From assembly GCA_964459995.1 (NCBI GenBank), contig CAYWOR010000001.1:273328-337327 (forward strand): a DNA stretch of 64,000 nucleotides. Direction: 5' to 3'. Every line of letters begins with the position of its first letter. Within the stretch, counting starts at the first letter, position 1. This document shows, piece after piece, positions 56,533 to 64,000 of the stretch. Origin of the DNA: an uncultured bacterium (GTDB lineage: Bacteria; UBP14; UBA6098). The notes under the pieces were generated by a model. That model worked only from the letters and a program-made list of their open reading frames with translations, ran no database searches and was not told the origin of the DNA. Position numbers and translations under genes: made by a program.

Positions 56533-57698
56533 AGGATTTCCTCAATTTTCGGGGTGAACTCCTGAGGATACTCTTCTGTGAGGCCTAAATGCCTGCGAAC
56601 GGCTGTAATAATGCGTTCTGAGGCGTGTCCGTCGCCGTAGAGAAGGGCGCGTTTGGCCATTTTTGAATACTCGACGGCGTCGGTCAGAAGGTTGCCTACT
56701 GTTCTCACGATTAGGTCTTCGTCGGTTCCAACCAAGACTGAAACGCCCGCCTCGACGCCTTCCGGGCGCTCCGTGACCTCGCGCATGACCACGACAGGCT
56801 TACCGAGAACCGGGGCTTCTTCCTGAATTCCGCCCGAGTCCGTAAGAACTAACTCGCTGGCTTGCATTAGTTTAGCAAAATCGAAATAATCTAAAGGCTT
56901 GACAAGATGGACTCCGGGTGTGTTTGACAGAGCATTGCGCACCGGGCCATCGACATTGGGGTTGAGATGCACAGGATAAACGAGGTCGGTCTCGGGGTGC
57001 TCGCGAGAAATTCTTGACAAGGCTTGAATAAGCCTTTGGAAAGGCTCGCCGAAGCTTTCGCGTCTGTGCGCGGTTACGACGATGAGTTTGCGGCTCTTAT
57101 TTTGCGCGATTTCCTGAAGCTTCGGGTCGGAAATCGGTCTATCGATGCCGGTTACCCATAGCAGGGAATCGATGGCTGTATTGCCGGTTACGAACATTGC
57201 ATTTTCCGGCAGATTCTCGGCGAGAAGCTGTTTTTTAGCGGTTTGCGTTGGAGGGAATAGCAATGTGGAGATGGCGTCGAGCTGGCGGCGATTAGCCTCT
57301 TCCGGGAAAGGACGCATTAGATCATAAGTTCGCAGGCCGGCCTCGACATGCGCTACGGGAATTTGATGATAAAATGAAATGAGTCCGCCGATAAATGATG
57401 TCGAGGTGTCGCCCTGAACGATTGTGATGTCGATTTTGTGCTCCGAGAGTATCTTTTCGAGGCCTTCCAAAGCGCGGATTGTAACGTCGGTAAGTGTCTG
57501 TCCGGGGCGCATAATGTTGAGGTCGATATCGACTTTCAGATTGAAGGCTTCGAGCACCTGATCGAGCATTTCTCTGTGTTGGCTTGTGGCGACGACGAGG
57601 GGTTTCAGATCCTTGTGCCGAGAGACTTCACGGATGAGAGGCGCCATTTTGATGGCGTCGGCGCGTGTTCCGACGAGAAGCATTACCGAGGCGGACAT
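56529..57698 (-). CDS. wecB: UDP-N-acetylglucosamine 2-epimerase (non-hydrolysing)
   Basis: 'MLLVGTRADAIKMAPL', 'HVEAGLRT', 'TDSGGIQEEAP' are characteristic WecB/MnaA motifs. Confidence 0.8.
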   Translation of the reverse strand: MSASVMLLVGTRADAIKMAPLIREVSRHKDLKPLVVATSQHREMLDQVLEAFNLKVDIDLNIMRPGQTLTDVTIRALEGLEKILSEHKIDITIVQGDTSTSFIGGLISFYHQIPVAHVEAGLRTYDLMRPFPEEANRRQLDAISTLLFPPTQTAKKQLLAENLPENAMFVTGNTAIDSLLWVTGIDRPISDPKLQEIAQNKSRKLIVVTAHRRESFGEPFQRLIQALSRISREHPETDLVYPVHLNPNVDGPVRNALSNTPGVHLVKPLDYFDFAKLMQASELVLTDSGGIQEEAPVLGKPVVVMREVTERPEGVEAGVSVLVGTDEDLIVRTVGNLLTDAVEYSKMAKRALLYGDGHASERIITAVRRHLGLTEEYPQEFTPKIEEIL

Positions 57699-57699
57699 A

Positions 57700-59319
57700 T
57701 TATTGACTATTCCTTTCTATTATAGCATCATCAATTAAGCGTGGAGGTTGAACCGGCGGAAGAACTTTAAGAACGAAGGTTTTCGGTTCGGAGGTTTGAT
57801 AAACAGTCTCGAATCGGTGCGGATAGGCCTGAATAGTGGGTATCAAATATGCCTGCGTCGTTCCGGAAATTCTATCGATGATGACATAATTCGCACCGAT
57901 AGAATCGATTTCGGCCATAATAACAGCGGTATTCTGGGTGAATTCGTAAACCTTGCCGGGCCTTTCTGACAAGATAAAGCTTATGCGGGGTTTCCGGCTA
58001 ATCAAACCCGCATCGGGGGGGGTATTTTGCCTTATCCATTCGCAAGCTTCGATGAATCTCACCCATGCGACATGCGGCAGACCTGCGTATTTGTTGCCTG
58101 CGGAATAGGATTTCAGGACTTTCGAGTTAGCACGGGCTGTTGGAACATAGGCAATCATCGACATTAGGATCATCGCTGAGGCAATGCCGTGAATAGCCCA
58201 ATTTCTGTATATGGAAAGATTTAGGGGCTTTTCAATTCCGAAAGCTATCCAAATCGAGATAAGCATAATCGGTATTATCGGCATTAGATACCTGAACGTC
58301 GCAAAACGCGGATTATAGACCATCAGCATGCCGAAATATAGGACGATGTAATATGGCATAAAAGACTTTTTATGCTTAAATAAAATGACTAGTCCGACAA
58401 TAATAATAATTGTTGCAACAAGGCCGAGGATAGTGAACATTGTGCCGGTTTTTCCGCCAATCGAGGTGAAAACTGTTGGCAAATCTCTGAAGAGATAGGA
58501 TTTGAGATTCGAAAGAACACGATCGACAAGGCCGGGAGATTCGGTGTCACCACCGGTGTTACTTCCGAAGAAATTCACCAAATAGAAGCTTTCCTCGCCG
58601 CCTTGTCTTGTTAGGACATTTCTGAGAAACCATGGGCCATAGAGGATTGCGCCGGTTAGAGCGAATATCCCAGCGCGTTTGAACATCTTGCGAACAAGTA
58701 GAAAAATAATTGCCGAAAAAACTAACGGAACTGCCACGGGACGGATAAACATCGACAGGAAAATCACAGCTGAAGCGGTTATGAATCGAGGCATTTTGTC
58801 GGAATCGTAGAATTTATCGAACAAAAAAACGCCGAAAATGCTAAGGGCAAAATAGGGGGCTTCGGTGAGCGTCCAATGAGAAAACTCGTTAAACAGTGGG
58901 TTTGCGAGCAGTGCAAGCCCGAAAAGCATTCCTGCGATTTTTGGGATTTTGAATCTATCAAACAGAAGCAGAGTTACCCAAATTCCCGCGAGCATTGCGA
59001 AAAAGGAGAGAAGTTTCGTCGGTATGAAAGAATTCGGGAAAAGCGCTACTAATGGGGCTATCAGTATAGGATACCCGGGCGGGATTTCGATTTCGATCGG
59101 TTGACCTATGAAGGCGAGATTGCGGTATTCGCCCTGCAGGAGGGATTTTGCGAGCGTTATGTATTGGGCGTTGTCACCGCCGGTGAACATTGAAGGATTG
59201 AACACGAGCGCGAGGATAACCGCGCCGAGAACCATAACGATTATAGTGCGCAGGGTCGAGTTAAGCCACTGCTGTTTCGGTCTCGACTGTGCGCTTTTTA
59301 TTTTGTTGCTCTTTGCCAT
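57700..59319 (-). CDS. GT-C fold membrane glycosyltransferase (ArnT/PMT-like, GT83/GT39-like). Start probably internal (~59238), because the track ORF overlaps the upstream gene by 59 nt.
   Basis: About 11-13 TM helices. First periplasmic loop 'FTGGDNAQYITLAKSLLQGEY' resembles the D/E-rich catalytic loop of ArnT/PMT_2. Confidence 0.5.
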   Translation of the reverse strand: MAKSNKIKSAQSRPKQQWLNSTLRTIIVMVLGAVILALVFNPSMFTGGDNAQYITLAKSLLQGEYRNLAFIGQPIEIEIPPGYPILIAPLVALFPNSFIPTKLLSFFAMLAGIWVTLLLFDRFKIPKIAGMLFGLALLANPLFNEFSHWTLTEAPYFALSIFGVFLFDKFYDSDKMPRFITASAVIFLSMFIRPVAVPLVFSAIIFLLVRKMFKRAGIFALTGAILYGPWFLRNVLTRQGGEESFYLVNFFGSNTGGDTESPGLVDRVLSNLKSYLFRDLPTVFTSIGGKTGTMFTILGLVATIIIIVGLVILFKHKKSFMPYYIVLYFGMLMVYNPRFATFRYLMPIIPIMLISIWIAFGIEKPLNLSIYRNWAIHGIASAMILMSMIAYVPTARANSKVLKSYSAGNKYAGLPHVAWVRFIEACEWIRQNTPPDAGLISRKPRISFILSERPGKVYEFTQNTAVIMAEIDSIGANYVIIDRISGTTQAYLIPTIQAYPHRFETVYQTSEPKTFVLKVLPPVQPPRLIDDAIIERNSQ

Positions 59320-60190
59320 TATTTATTTCAGGTAATAGGTCGATGATTCGACTGAATTGCATTTGTGATGCCATTTCGTCGAGTTTTGCGAAACCTCTTT
59401 TCGTGCCCACTTGATGTATCCAGTTCGATATTTTGCCGATTGGGAGGGGGGGGTTATGTGGGTCGATGTCTTTTGGGTGCAAATACAAGACGACCGGTTT
59501 ATTATGCGATAATAATTTATTAACAGATTTGACAATAAAAGACAGGGGAAGAATTCTCCAATAGAAACCACCCGACCATGCGAAACGCAATCCGCGCGGG
59601 CCGAGACATGAAACAGGAACCTCCCACAGATGGTCGCCATTTGGAAGCTTCATAGGAAAGGGGATTTTTGGAATTCCAGGCTCGCCACCATAGTAGGTTT
59701 TTGCAGGGAATCGGCTCGAATCGTAGGTTAGACCTAAATCGGCGAGTTCGTCGAAGAGCCATGGTGTTCTTTTCGGGCTTGCCGAAAAATTCGGAGCGCG
59801 GAAGCCATAAATTTTATTGCCGACCAAATCTTCAAGGAAATAAACAGAATTACGAATACTGTGAATAGATTTATCGCGACCTTGCTCGAAAATCAGAGTA
59901 TGGTTGTCGGCATGCGATGCTATCTCATGGCCTTTTCCGGCGATTTTTCGAATCAACTCGGGGAATTTCTTCGCGACCTCGCCCAAAACAAAAAAAGTTA
60001 CTTTATGCCCGTGCCGGTCGAATATATCGAGCATCATTTCGGTGGGTTCGACAAGGCGAGATGGAGAATTTGCCATCGTTCGATAATTATACCCGGGGTA
60101 GTTGGCGTGGTAGAAATCTTCCAAGTCGATAGATAATGCGATACGCGCCAATGGGTTAATTTCTGAACCGCTTGTCTCGCGAAAGGTCAT
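59261..60190 (-). CDS. Polysaccharide deacetylase (CE4/NodB-homology, DUF3473-type; ArnD-like candidate)
   Basis: '[11 protein letters not shown]', '[34 protein letters not shown]' CE4 motifs. Confidence 0.6.
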   Translation of the reverse strand: MTFRETSGSEINPLARIALSIDLEDFYHANYPGYNYRTMANSPSRLVEPTEMMLDIFDRHGHKVTFFVLGEVAKKFPELIRKIAGKGHEIASHADNHTLIFEQGRDKSIHSIRNSVYFLEDLVGNKIYGFRAPNFSASPKRTPWLFDELADLGLTYDSSRFPAKTYYGGEPGIPKIPFPMKLPNGDHLWEVPVSCLGPRGLRFAWSGGFYWRILPLSFIVKSVNKLLSHNKPVVLYLHPKDIDPHNPPLPIGKISNWIHQVGTKRGFAKLDEMASQMQFSRIIDLLPEINNGKEQQNKKRTVETETAVA

Positions 60191-60870
60191 CGATCACCGA
60201 ATCTGAATTTAAAGAGGTAATAAATGGCTTTGAAGCCGTCTTTCCAGCTTATTTTCTTGCCTTCCTCGACTGTTCGAGGGTGATATGTTATCGGAACTTC
60301 GACAATCTTAAATCCGCCACGTAGAACTTTCGCAGTAACTTCCGGCTCGAATTCGAAGCCCATGCTTTTAAGTTTCAAGCCTTTGACGACATCGATACGG
60401 AAAACTTTGTAGGCGGTTTCCATATCTGTCAGTTTCGCGCCGTAGAGGACATTGGTGAGGAAAACCAGAAATTTGTTGGCGAGAAGGTTAATTAATTTCA
60501 CCTTCTTTTTAAGATTCAGGAATCGGCTTCCATAAACGACATCCGCTTCGCCGCGAGCGATTGGTTCGAGAAGTTGCGGATATTCGTTCGGGTCGAGTTC
60601 GAGATCGGCATCTTGAATAATTACAGCATCGCCGCGGGCATATTCGAAGCCGATTCGCACCGCCGCGCCTTTGCCGAAATTCACCATCGACTTGTGCACT
60701 TTGACAATGGGGTCGCCGATATGGACATCGAGTTTTGCGCCGGTGCCGTCGGTGGAGCCGTCATCGACAACGATAATTTCCTTTTCGATTGGAACTTGAC
60801 GGACTTTTTCGATAACTTCCGAAATAGTCGATTGTTCGTTGTAAACCGGAATGACGACAGAAAGTTTCAT
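60187..60870 (-). CDS. GT2 polyprenyl-phosphate glycosyltransferase (ArnC/DPM-like short form)
   Basis: '[14 protein letters not shown]', '[12 protein letters not shown]', '[11 protein letters not shown]'. Confidence 0.65.
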   Translation of the reverse strand: MKLSVVIPVYNEQSTISEVIEKVRQVPIEKEIIVVDDGSTDGTGAKLDVHIGDPIVKVHKSMVNFGKGAAVRIGFEYARGDAVIIQDADLELDPNEYPQLLEPIARGEADVVYGSRFLNLKKKVKLINLLANKFLVFLTNVLYGAKLTDMETAYKVFRIDVVKGLKLKSMGFEFEPEVTAKVLRGGFKIVEVPITYHPRTVEEGKKISWKDGFKAIYYLFKFRFGDR

Positions 60871-61854
60871 CTATGCCCTGCCTGTTTCGGCGATCCATCC
60901 AGCGACCGCGCGGATTATATCGTCGAGCTTGGTTTTCGGCTCGAAACCGATTGTTTTGCGTATTTTTTCGATATTAGGCACGCGCCGGAGCATGTCCTCG
61001 AATCCTTCGCCATAGGCCTCTTCGTAAGGGGTTGTTGTGATATCAGAGTTCGACCCCGTGATACGCTTGACACGTTCGGCAAGTTCCATTATCGTAACTT
61101 CCTCTTCGGAGCCGATATTAAATATCTGTCCCATTGTTCCGGGGCTGTCCATGAGCTTGATAACTGCTTCGACGACATCGTGAACATAGCTGAAGGTTCG
61201 CGACTGAGCGCCATCGCCGTAAACTGTAATAGTTTCGCCCATAAGCGCTTGCTTGACGAAGCGTGGGAGAACCATGCCATATTGGCCTGTCTGGCGCGGA
61301 CCGACAGTGTTGAATAGCCTTCCGATAACTACAGGAAGCTTGTGCTTATGATTATATGCCAGTGCGATATACTCGTCAACGGCCTTAGCGGAGCTATAGC
61401 TCCAGCGGTTGCGCGTTGTCGAGCCGAGAACGCGGTCGTCTTCCTCGGAATAGGGGCAATTCGGTGATTTGCCGTAAACCTCCGATGTGCTCGCGAGGAA
61501 AATCCGCTTTTCGCCGTGCTTGTGCGCTAATTCGAATACAGTATCGGTGCCGACGATTATCGTGTGAAGTGTGCGGATAGGGTCGTCAACGATGTTTTGC
61601 ACACCCACGACAGCGGCCAGATGGTATATTTCATCGGCTTCACGGACGAGATGGTCCATCAAGCCTTTGTTCATGATCGAGTTTTCGAAGAAAAGAAAAT
61701 CCGGCCTTCCGATGAGCGGGGCGATGTTCTCTTTTCTTCCTGTCGAAAGGTCGTCGATAACGGTAACGCGGTCGCCCTTGGCCAGAAGCGCTTCGCAAAG
61801 ATGGCTTCCGATAAACCCGGCGCCGCCGGTTACCAATGTGTTTTTAGGTCTCAT
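60871..61854 (-). CDS. NAD-dependent epimerase/dehydratase, UDP-glucuronate decarboxylase (UXS/ArnA-C-terminal-like). Start refined to 'MRPKNTLVTGGAGF'.
   Basis: 'LVTGGAGFIGSHLCEALLAKGDRVTVIDDLSTGRKENI' Rossmann motif and extended SDR pattern typical of UXS. Confidence 0.65.
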   Translation of the reverse strand: MRPKNTLVTGGAGFIGSHLCEALLAKGDRVTVIDDLSTGRKENIAPLIGRPDFLFFENSIMNKGLMDHLVREADEIYHLAAVVGVQNIVDDPIRTLHTIIVGTDTVFELAHKHGEKRIFLASTSEVYGKSPNCPYSEEDDRVLGSTTRNRWSYSSAKAVDEYIALAYNHKHKLPVVIGRLFNTVGPRQTGQYGMVLPRFVKQALMGETITVYGDGAQSRTFSYVHDVVEAVIKLMDSPGTMGQIFNIGSEEEVTIMELAERVKRITGSNSDITTTPYEEAYGEGFEDMLRRVPNIEKIRKTIGFEPKTKLDDIIRAVAGWIAETGRA

Positions 61855-63688
61855 CCGTATTCTCCGATTCTTCTTTGAAACCGATATATGCATCTCCGCC
61901 GAGTCTTTGGGCGATCTCCTTCGCCCGTTTGATAGCCTCTTTATCCGCGACTTTGCCGACCGTCGATCTTCCTTTTCGTTCGCGCTTGCCCCATGAGGGT
62001 TCGGCGTTTGGGGGGATAATCTCGAGTTTCGATATCCGCTCGGAAGGCTCCGTTACGGCCTTTTTTTCGGGCGGAGTCGGCTCAGGTTCTTTTACGGCGA
62101 CTTTTTGAGGTTGTGATTCTTCCTTTTTACGCCGGGGCTTTCTTTCGGGCTTTTCGGCTGGTTTATCAACCTTTTCGCGGGTTTTCTGAGGTTCTATTTT
62201 GTCCGATTTTTTCGCCTCGGATTTTATTTTGTTTTCGCGATCGGGTTTTGCAGAGGATTTTTCCTCAGATGCAATCGCCAAAGGCTTCGCAGTTTGTTCC
62301 GGTGTCGGTTTTTGAGGCGGCTTTTCCGTCTGGCGCTGTTCCTGAGGGGGTCTCTGAGGTTGTCTTTCCGTCTGGCGTTGTTCCTGAGGGGGTCTCTGGG
62401 GTTGTCTTTCCGGCTGACGTTGTTCCTGAGGAGGTCTCTGGGGTTGTCTTTCCGGCTGGCGCTGTTCCTGAGGGGGTCTCTGGGGTTGTCTTTCCGTCTG
62501 ACGCTGTTCCTGAGGAGGTCTCTGGGATTGTCTTTCCGTCTGACGTTGTTCCTGAGGAGGTTTCTGGGATTGTCTTTCCGGCTGACGTTGTTCCGATGAG
62601 CTTTCAGGGCGATTTTCGCGCTCTGGCTCCCTTCGAGGTCTGTCGCGCTTGTCTCTGTCCTCGCTCCATGGCTTGTTCTGAATACCATCTTTGCGTTTGT
62701 GAATCTGTGTTGTCCTCGCAGTTTCGACTTTTGGGCGATCCTCTTCGATGACTTTCGACATCAGATACTCAAGTCTATCACGAAGGTTCGCAATCGCCTC
62801 GGCCAAGAATCCCAAAGTGAGCGAAAATCCGCCTACCGAGATAAGTAGGACGAGAAGCGTCTGCAAAGGAGGATAACCCCAATGCCAAATAAATCGCAGA
62901 AGCAGAAGAGCAACACCGAGTAATAATGCGGTTGCGAGTGTTACAAAGCCGATGCTTCCGAAAATCAGCATAGGTTTACGGAAAACACGCTCGGCAAGCC
63001 ACACGGCGATGAGGTCGGTGAAACCGATGAACACTCGTCCGAAACCGCCGTATTTCGGCTCGCCATGCAGACGCGGACGTAGCGTTACCGGAATCTCCGC
63101 GACCCTGAAACCCTGTTCGGCGGCGAGAACAACCATAAACCGATGCCAGTCCTTGCGAAGGAACAGCGACGCCATAACATCGCGGCGAAGGACTTTCAGC
63201 GAGTTCATGTCCTGAACCTCGACACCGAAAAGTTTGCTTGTGAGCTTATTGTAAATCTTGCTGATGAAGGGCTTCTGGTATTTGCCCTTTTTGATACCCG
63301 ACACGATGCCGTAGCCCCTGTCGAGCTTGTCCATCATACGTTTGATGTCCTGCACATCGTATTGCAGGTCGGCATCGAAGATGCAAATTCGTTTGCCGCG
63401 CGAGACAGCAAATCCGCTTTCGATAGCGGCGGTTTTACCCATATTTTGCTTATGCCGCACGAGTTTGAGGAACTCGTATTTTTCCGAAAGTTCGAGAACT
63501 TTTTCGGCGGTGGAGTCCGTGGAGCCGTCATCGACGATGATGACCTCTGCGCGGAATCTCTGGTCGGCGAGGAAGCCTTTGAACTCGTGCGCAAGCGGCT
63601 CGATATTGTCTTCTTCGTTGAAAGCCGGCACAATCACCGACAGTGAATAATGGCTGGGAAGTTTTCTGAATTCGTTTCTTTCTTCCAT
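61844..63688 (-). CDS. GT2 (ArnC-like) glycosyltransferase with 2 TM helices and a ~280-aa low-complexity tail containing ~8 tandem 12-aa repeats (QRQTERQPQRPPQE), then a K/E-rich segment
   Basis: N-terminal 'LSVIVPAFNEEDNIEPL...VIIVDDGSTDST...IFDADLQYD' GT2. TM pair 'LIFGSIGFVTLATALLLGVALLLL' and 'LLVLLISVGGFSLTLGFL'. Repeat tail read directly. Confidence 0.6.
   Translation of the reverse strand: MEERNEFRKLPSHYSLSVIVPAFNEEDNIEPLAHEFKGFLADQRFRAEVIIVDDGSTDSTAEKVLELSEKYEFLKLVRHKQNMGKTAAIESGFAVSRGKRICIFDADLQYDVQDIKRMMDKLDRGYGIVSGIKKGKYQKPFISKIYNKLTSKLFGVEVQDMNSLKVLRRDVMASLFLRKDWHRFMVVLAAEQGFRVAEIPVTLRPRLHGEPKYGGFGRVFIGFTDLIAVWLAERVFRKPMLIFGSIGFVTLATALLLGVALLLLRFIWHWGYPPLQTLLVLLISVGGFSLTLGFLAEAIANLRDRLEYLMSKVIEEDRPKVETARTTQIHKRKDGIQNKPWSEDRDKRDRPRREPERENRPESSSEQRQPERQSQKPPQEQRQTERQSQRPPQEQRQTERQPQRPPQEQRQPERQPQRPPQEQRQPERQPQRPPQEQRQTERQPQRPPQEQRQTEKPPQKPTPEQTAKPLAIASEEKSSAKPDRENKIKSEAKKSDKIEPQKTREKVDKPAEKPERKPRRKKEESQPQKVAVKEPEPTPPEKKAVTEPSERISKLEIIPPNAEPSWGKRERKGRSTVGKVADKEAIKRAKEIAQRLGGDAYIGFKEESENTDET
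62290..62600. repeat. About 36-bp tandem DNA repeat (8-9 copies) within the GT2 gene tail. Potential VNTR.
   Basis: 'ctgttcctgagggggtctctg(a/g)ggttgtctttccg(t/g)ctgg(c/a)g' recurring head-to-tail. Confidence 0.7.
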
Positions 63689-63691
63689 TGG

Positions 63692-63964
63692 TTACTTTTT
63701 CATCGCTCCAATCAGTGTTTCAATTTCCGCTCCGCTTCCGCTTGTCAGGATTATGTTGTAAAAATCTCCCGATTTTGAGGCATCGCGCCCTAGTCGAAGG
63801 GGGATCCCAGCAATTGCGGGCAATCCTGACAATTTCAGTTCGAATATCGGCGAAAGGTCGATAGAGGCCGTAAATCCGCGTGTTTTTTCGATTGCAGAGC
63901 TTTTCGGATAGCCGAAAAACAGGGTCTCCTTCGCGTCGATTCTTCGATATTCGATGTTTTTCAA
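63692..63964 (-). CDS. 3' portion of a gene continuing beyond the window end. Hypothetical.
   Basis: Open frame to the window edge. No motif recognised. Confidence 0.3.
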   Translation of the reverse strand: MKNIEYRRIDAKETLFFGYPKSSAIEKTRGFTASIDLSPIFELKLSGLPAIAGIPLRLGRDASKSGDFYNIILTSGSGAEIETLIGAMKK

Positions 63965-64000
63965 GGGGCAGTTATCCGCATATCCAATAACAACGGCAAT

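Noticed and set aside
1-64000. rRNA/tRNA genes, transposases, integrases, toxin-antitoxin or restriction-modification defence genes
   Set aside because: I scanned the intergenic regions and ORF translations. No cloverleaf-like conserved tRNA sequences, no DDE/tyrosine recombinase motifs, and no nuclease or defence ATPase signatures were recognised.

Overview
This 64 kb window looks like a contig from a Gram-negative, probably FCB-group or candidate-phylum bacterium, at about 50-55% GC. Almost all of it is dedicated to the cell envelope.

(1) 1-9293: a truncated AI-2E transporter gene, then three very large secreted proteins with signal peptides. Each carries carbohydrate-binding-like modules (CBM9-like, CBM20/25/48-like, glucodextranase-C-like, weak GH57-like motifs) and a T9SS-type C-terminal sorting domain.

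(2) 9315-18107: a tightly packed nine-gene block on the + strand. It encodes a (KPEP)n-repeat protein, outer-membrane beta-barrel candidates, lipoproteins and a short-form AMP nucleosidase. It also holds a 918-aa protein with four tandem CBM48/AMPK-beta glycogen-binding modules fused to a large C-terminal domain ending in Phe, and a single-CBM48 lipoprotein.

(3) 18216-24090: two tandem paralogs of a BNR-propeller-like protein. The first ends in a T9SS type B CTD. The second lacks it and abuts an anomalous ~0.6 kb extremely AT-rich, purine-skewed low-complexity island at 24100-24990.

(4) 25061-29011: small secreted/outer-membrane proteins, an M23 peptidase with a long extension, and a lipoprotein.

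(5) 28997-35821: pilD, a TPR multi-pass membrane protein and two type IV pilin genes, each with a sigma-54-like -24/-12 element. ttcA, a comB-like gene and gcvT also sit here. The gcvT/pilin divergent intergenic region contains three consecutive perfect hairpins nested in an outer inverted repeat.

(6) 35830-42868: another T9SS type-A cargo protein, flavodoxin, fetAB-like ABC exporter and lepB.

(7) 43087-51755: a PAS hybrid histidine kinase, mreCD-mrdA-rodA, ptsN, an uncalled Trm112-like ORF and accA.

(8) 51752-63964: a minus-strand glycan biosynthesis cluster (WecA/MraY-like, several GT2, UbiA prenyltransferase, GT4, wecB). It includes an Arn-like module (UXS/ArnA-like SDR, ArnC-like GT2, ArnD-like CE4, ArnT/PMT-like GT-C) and a GT2 with an unusual tandem-repeat tail.

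I found no rRNA, tRNA, CRISPR array or recognisable transposase/integrase. All domain calls rest on motifs I recognise by eye; no searches were run.
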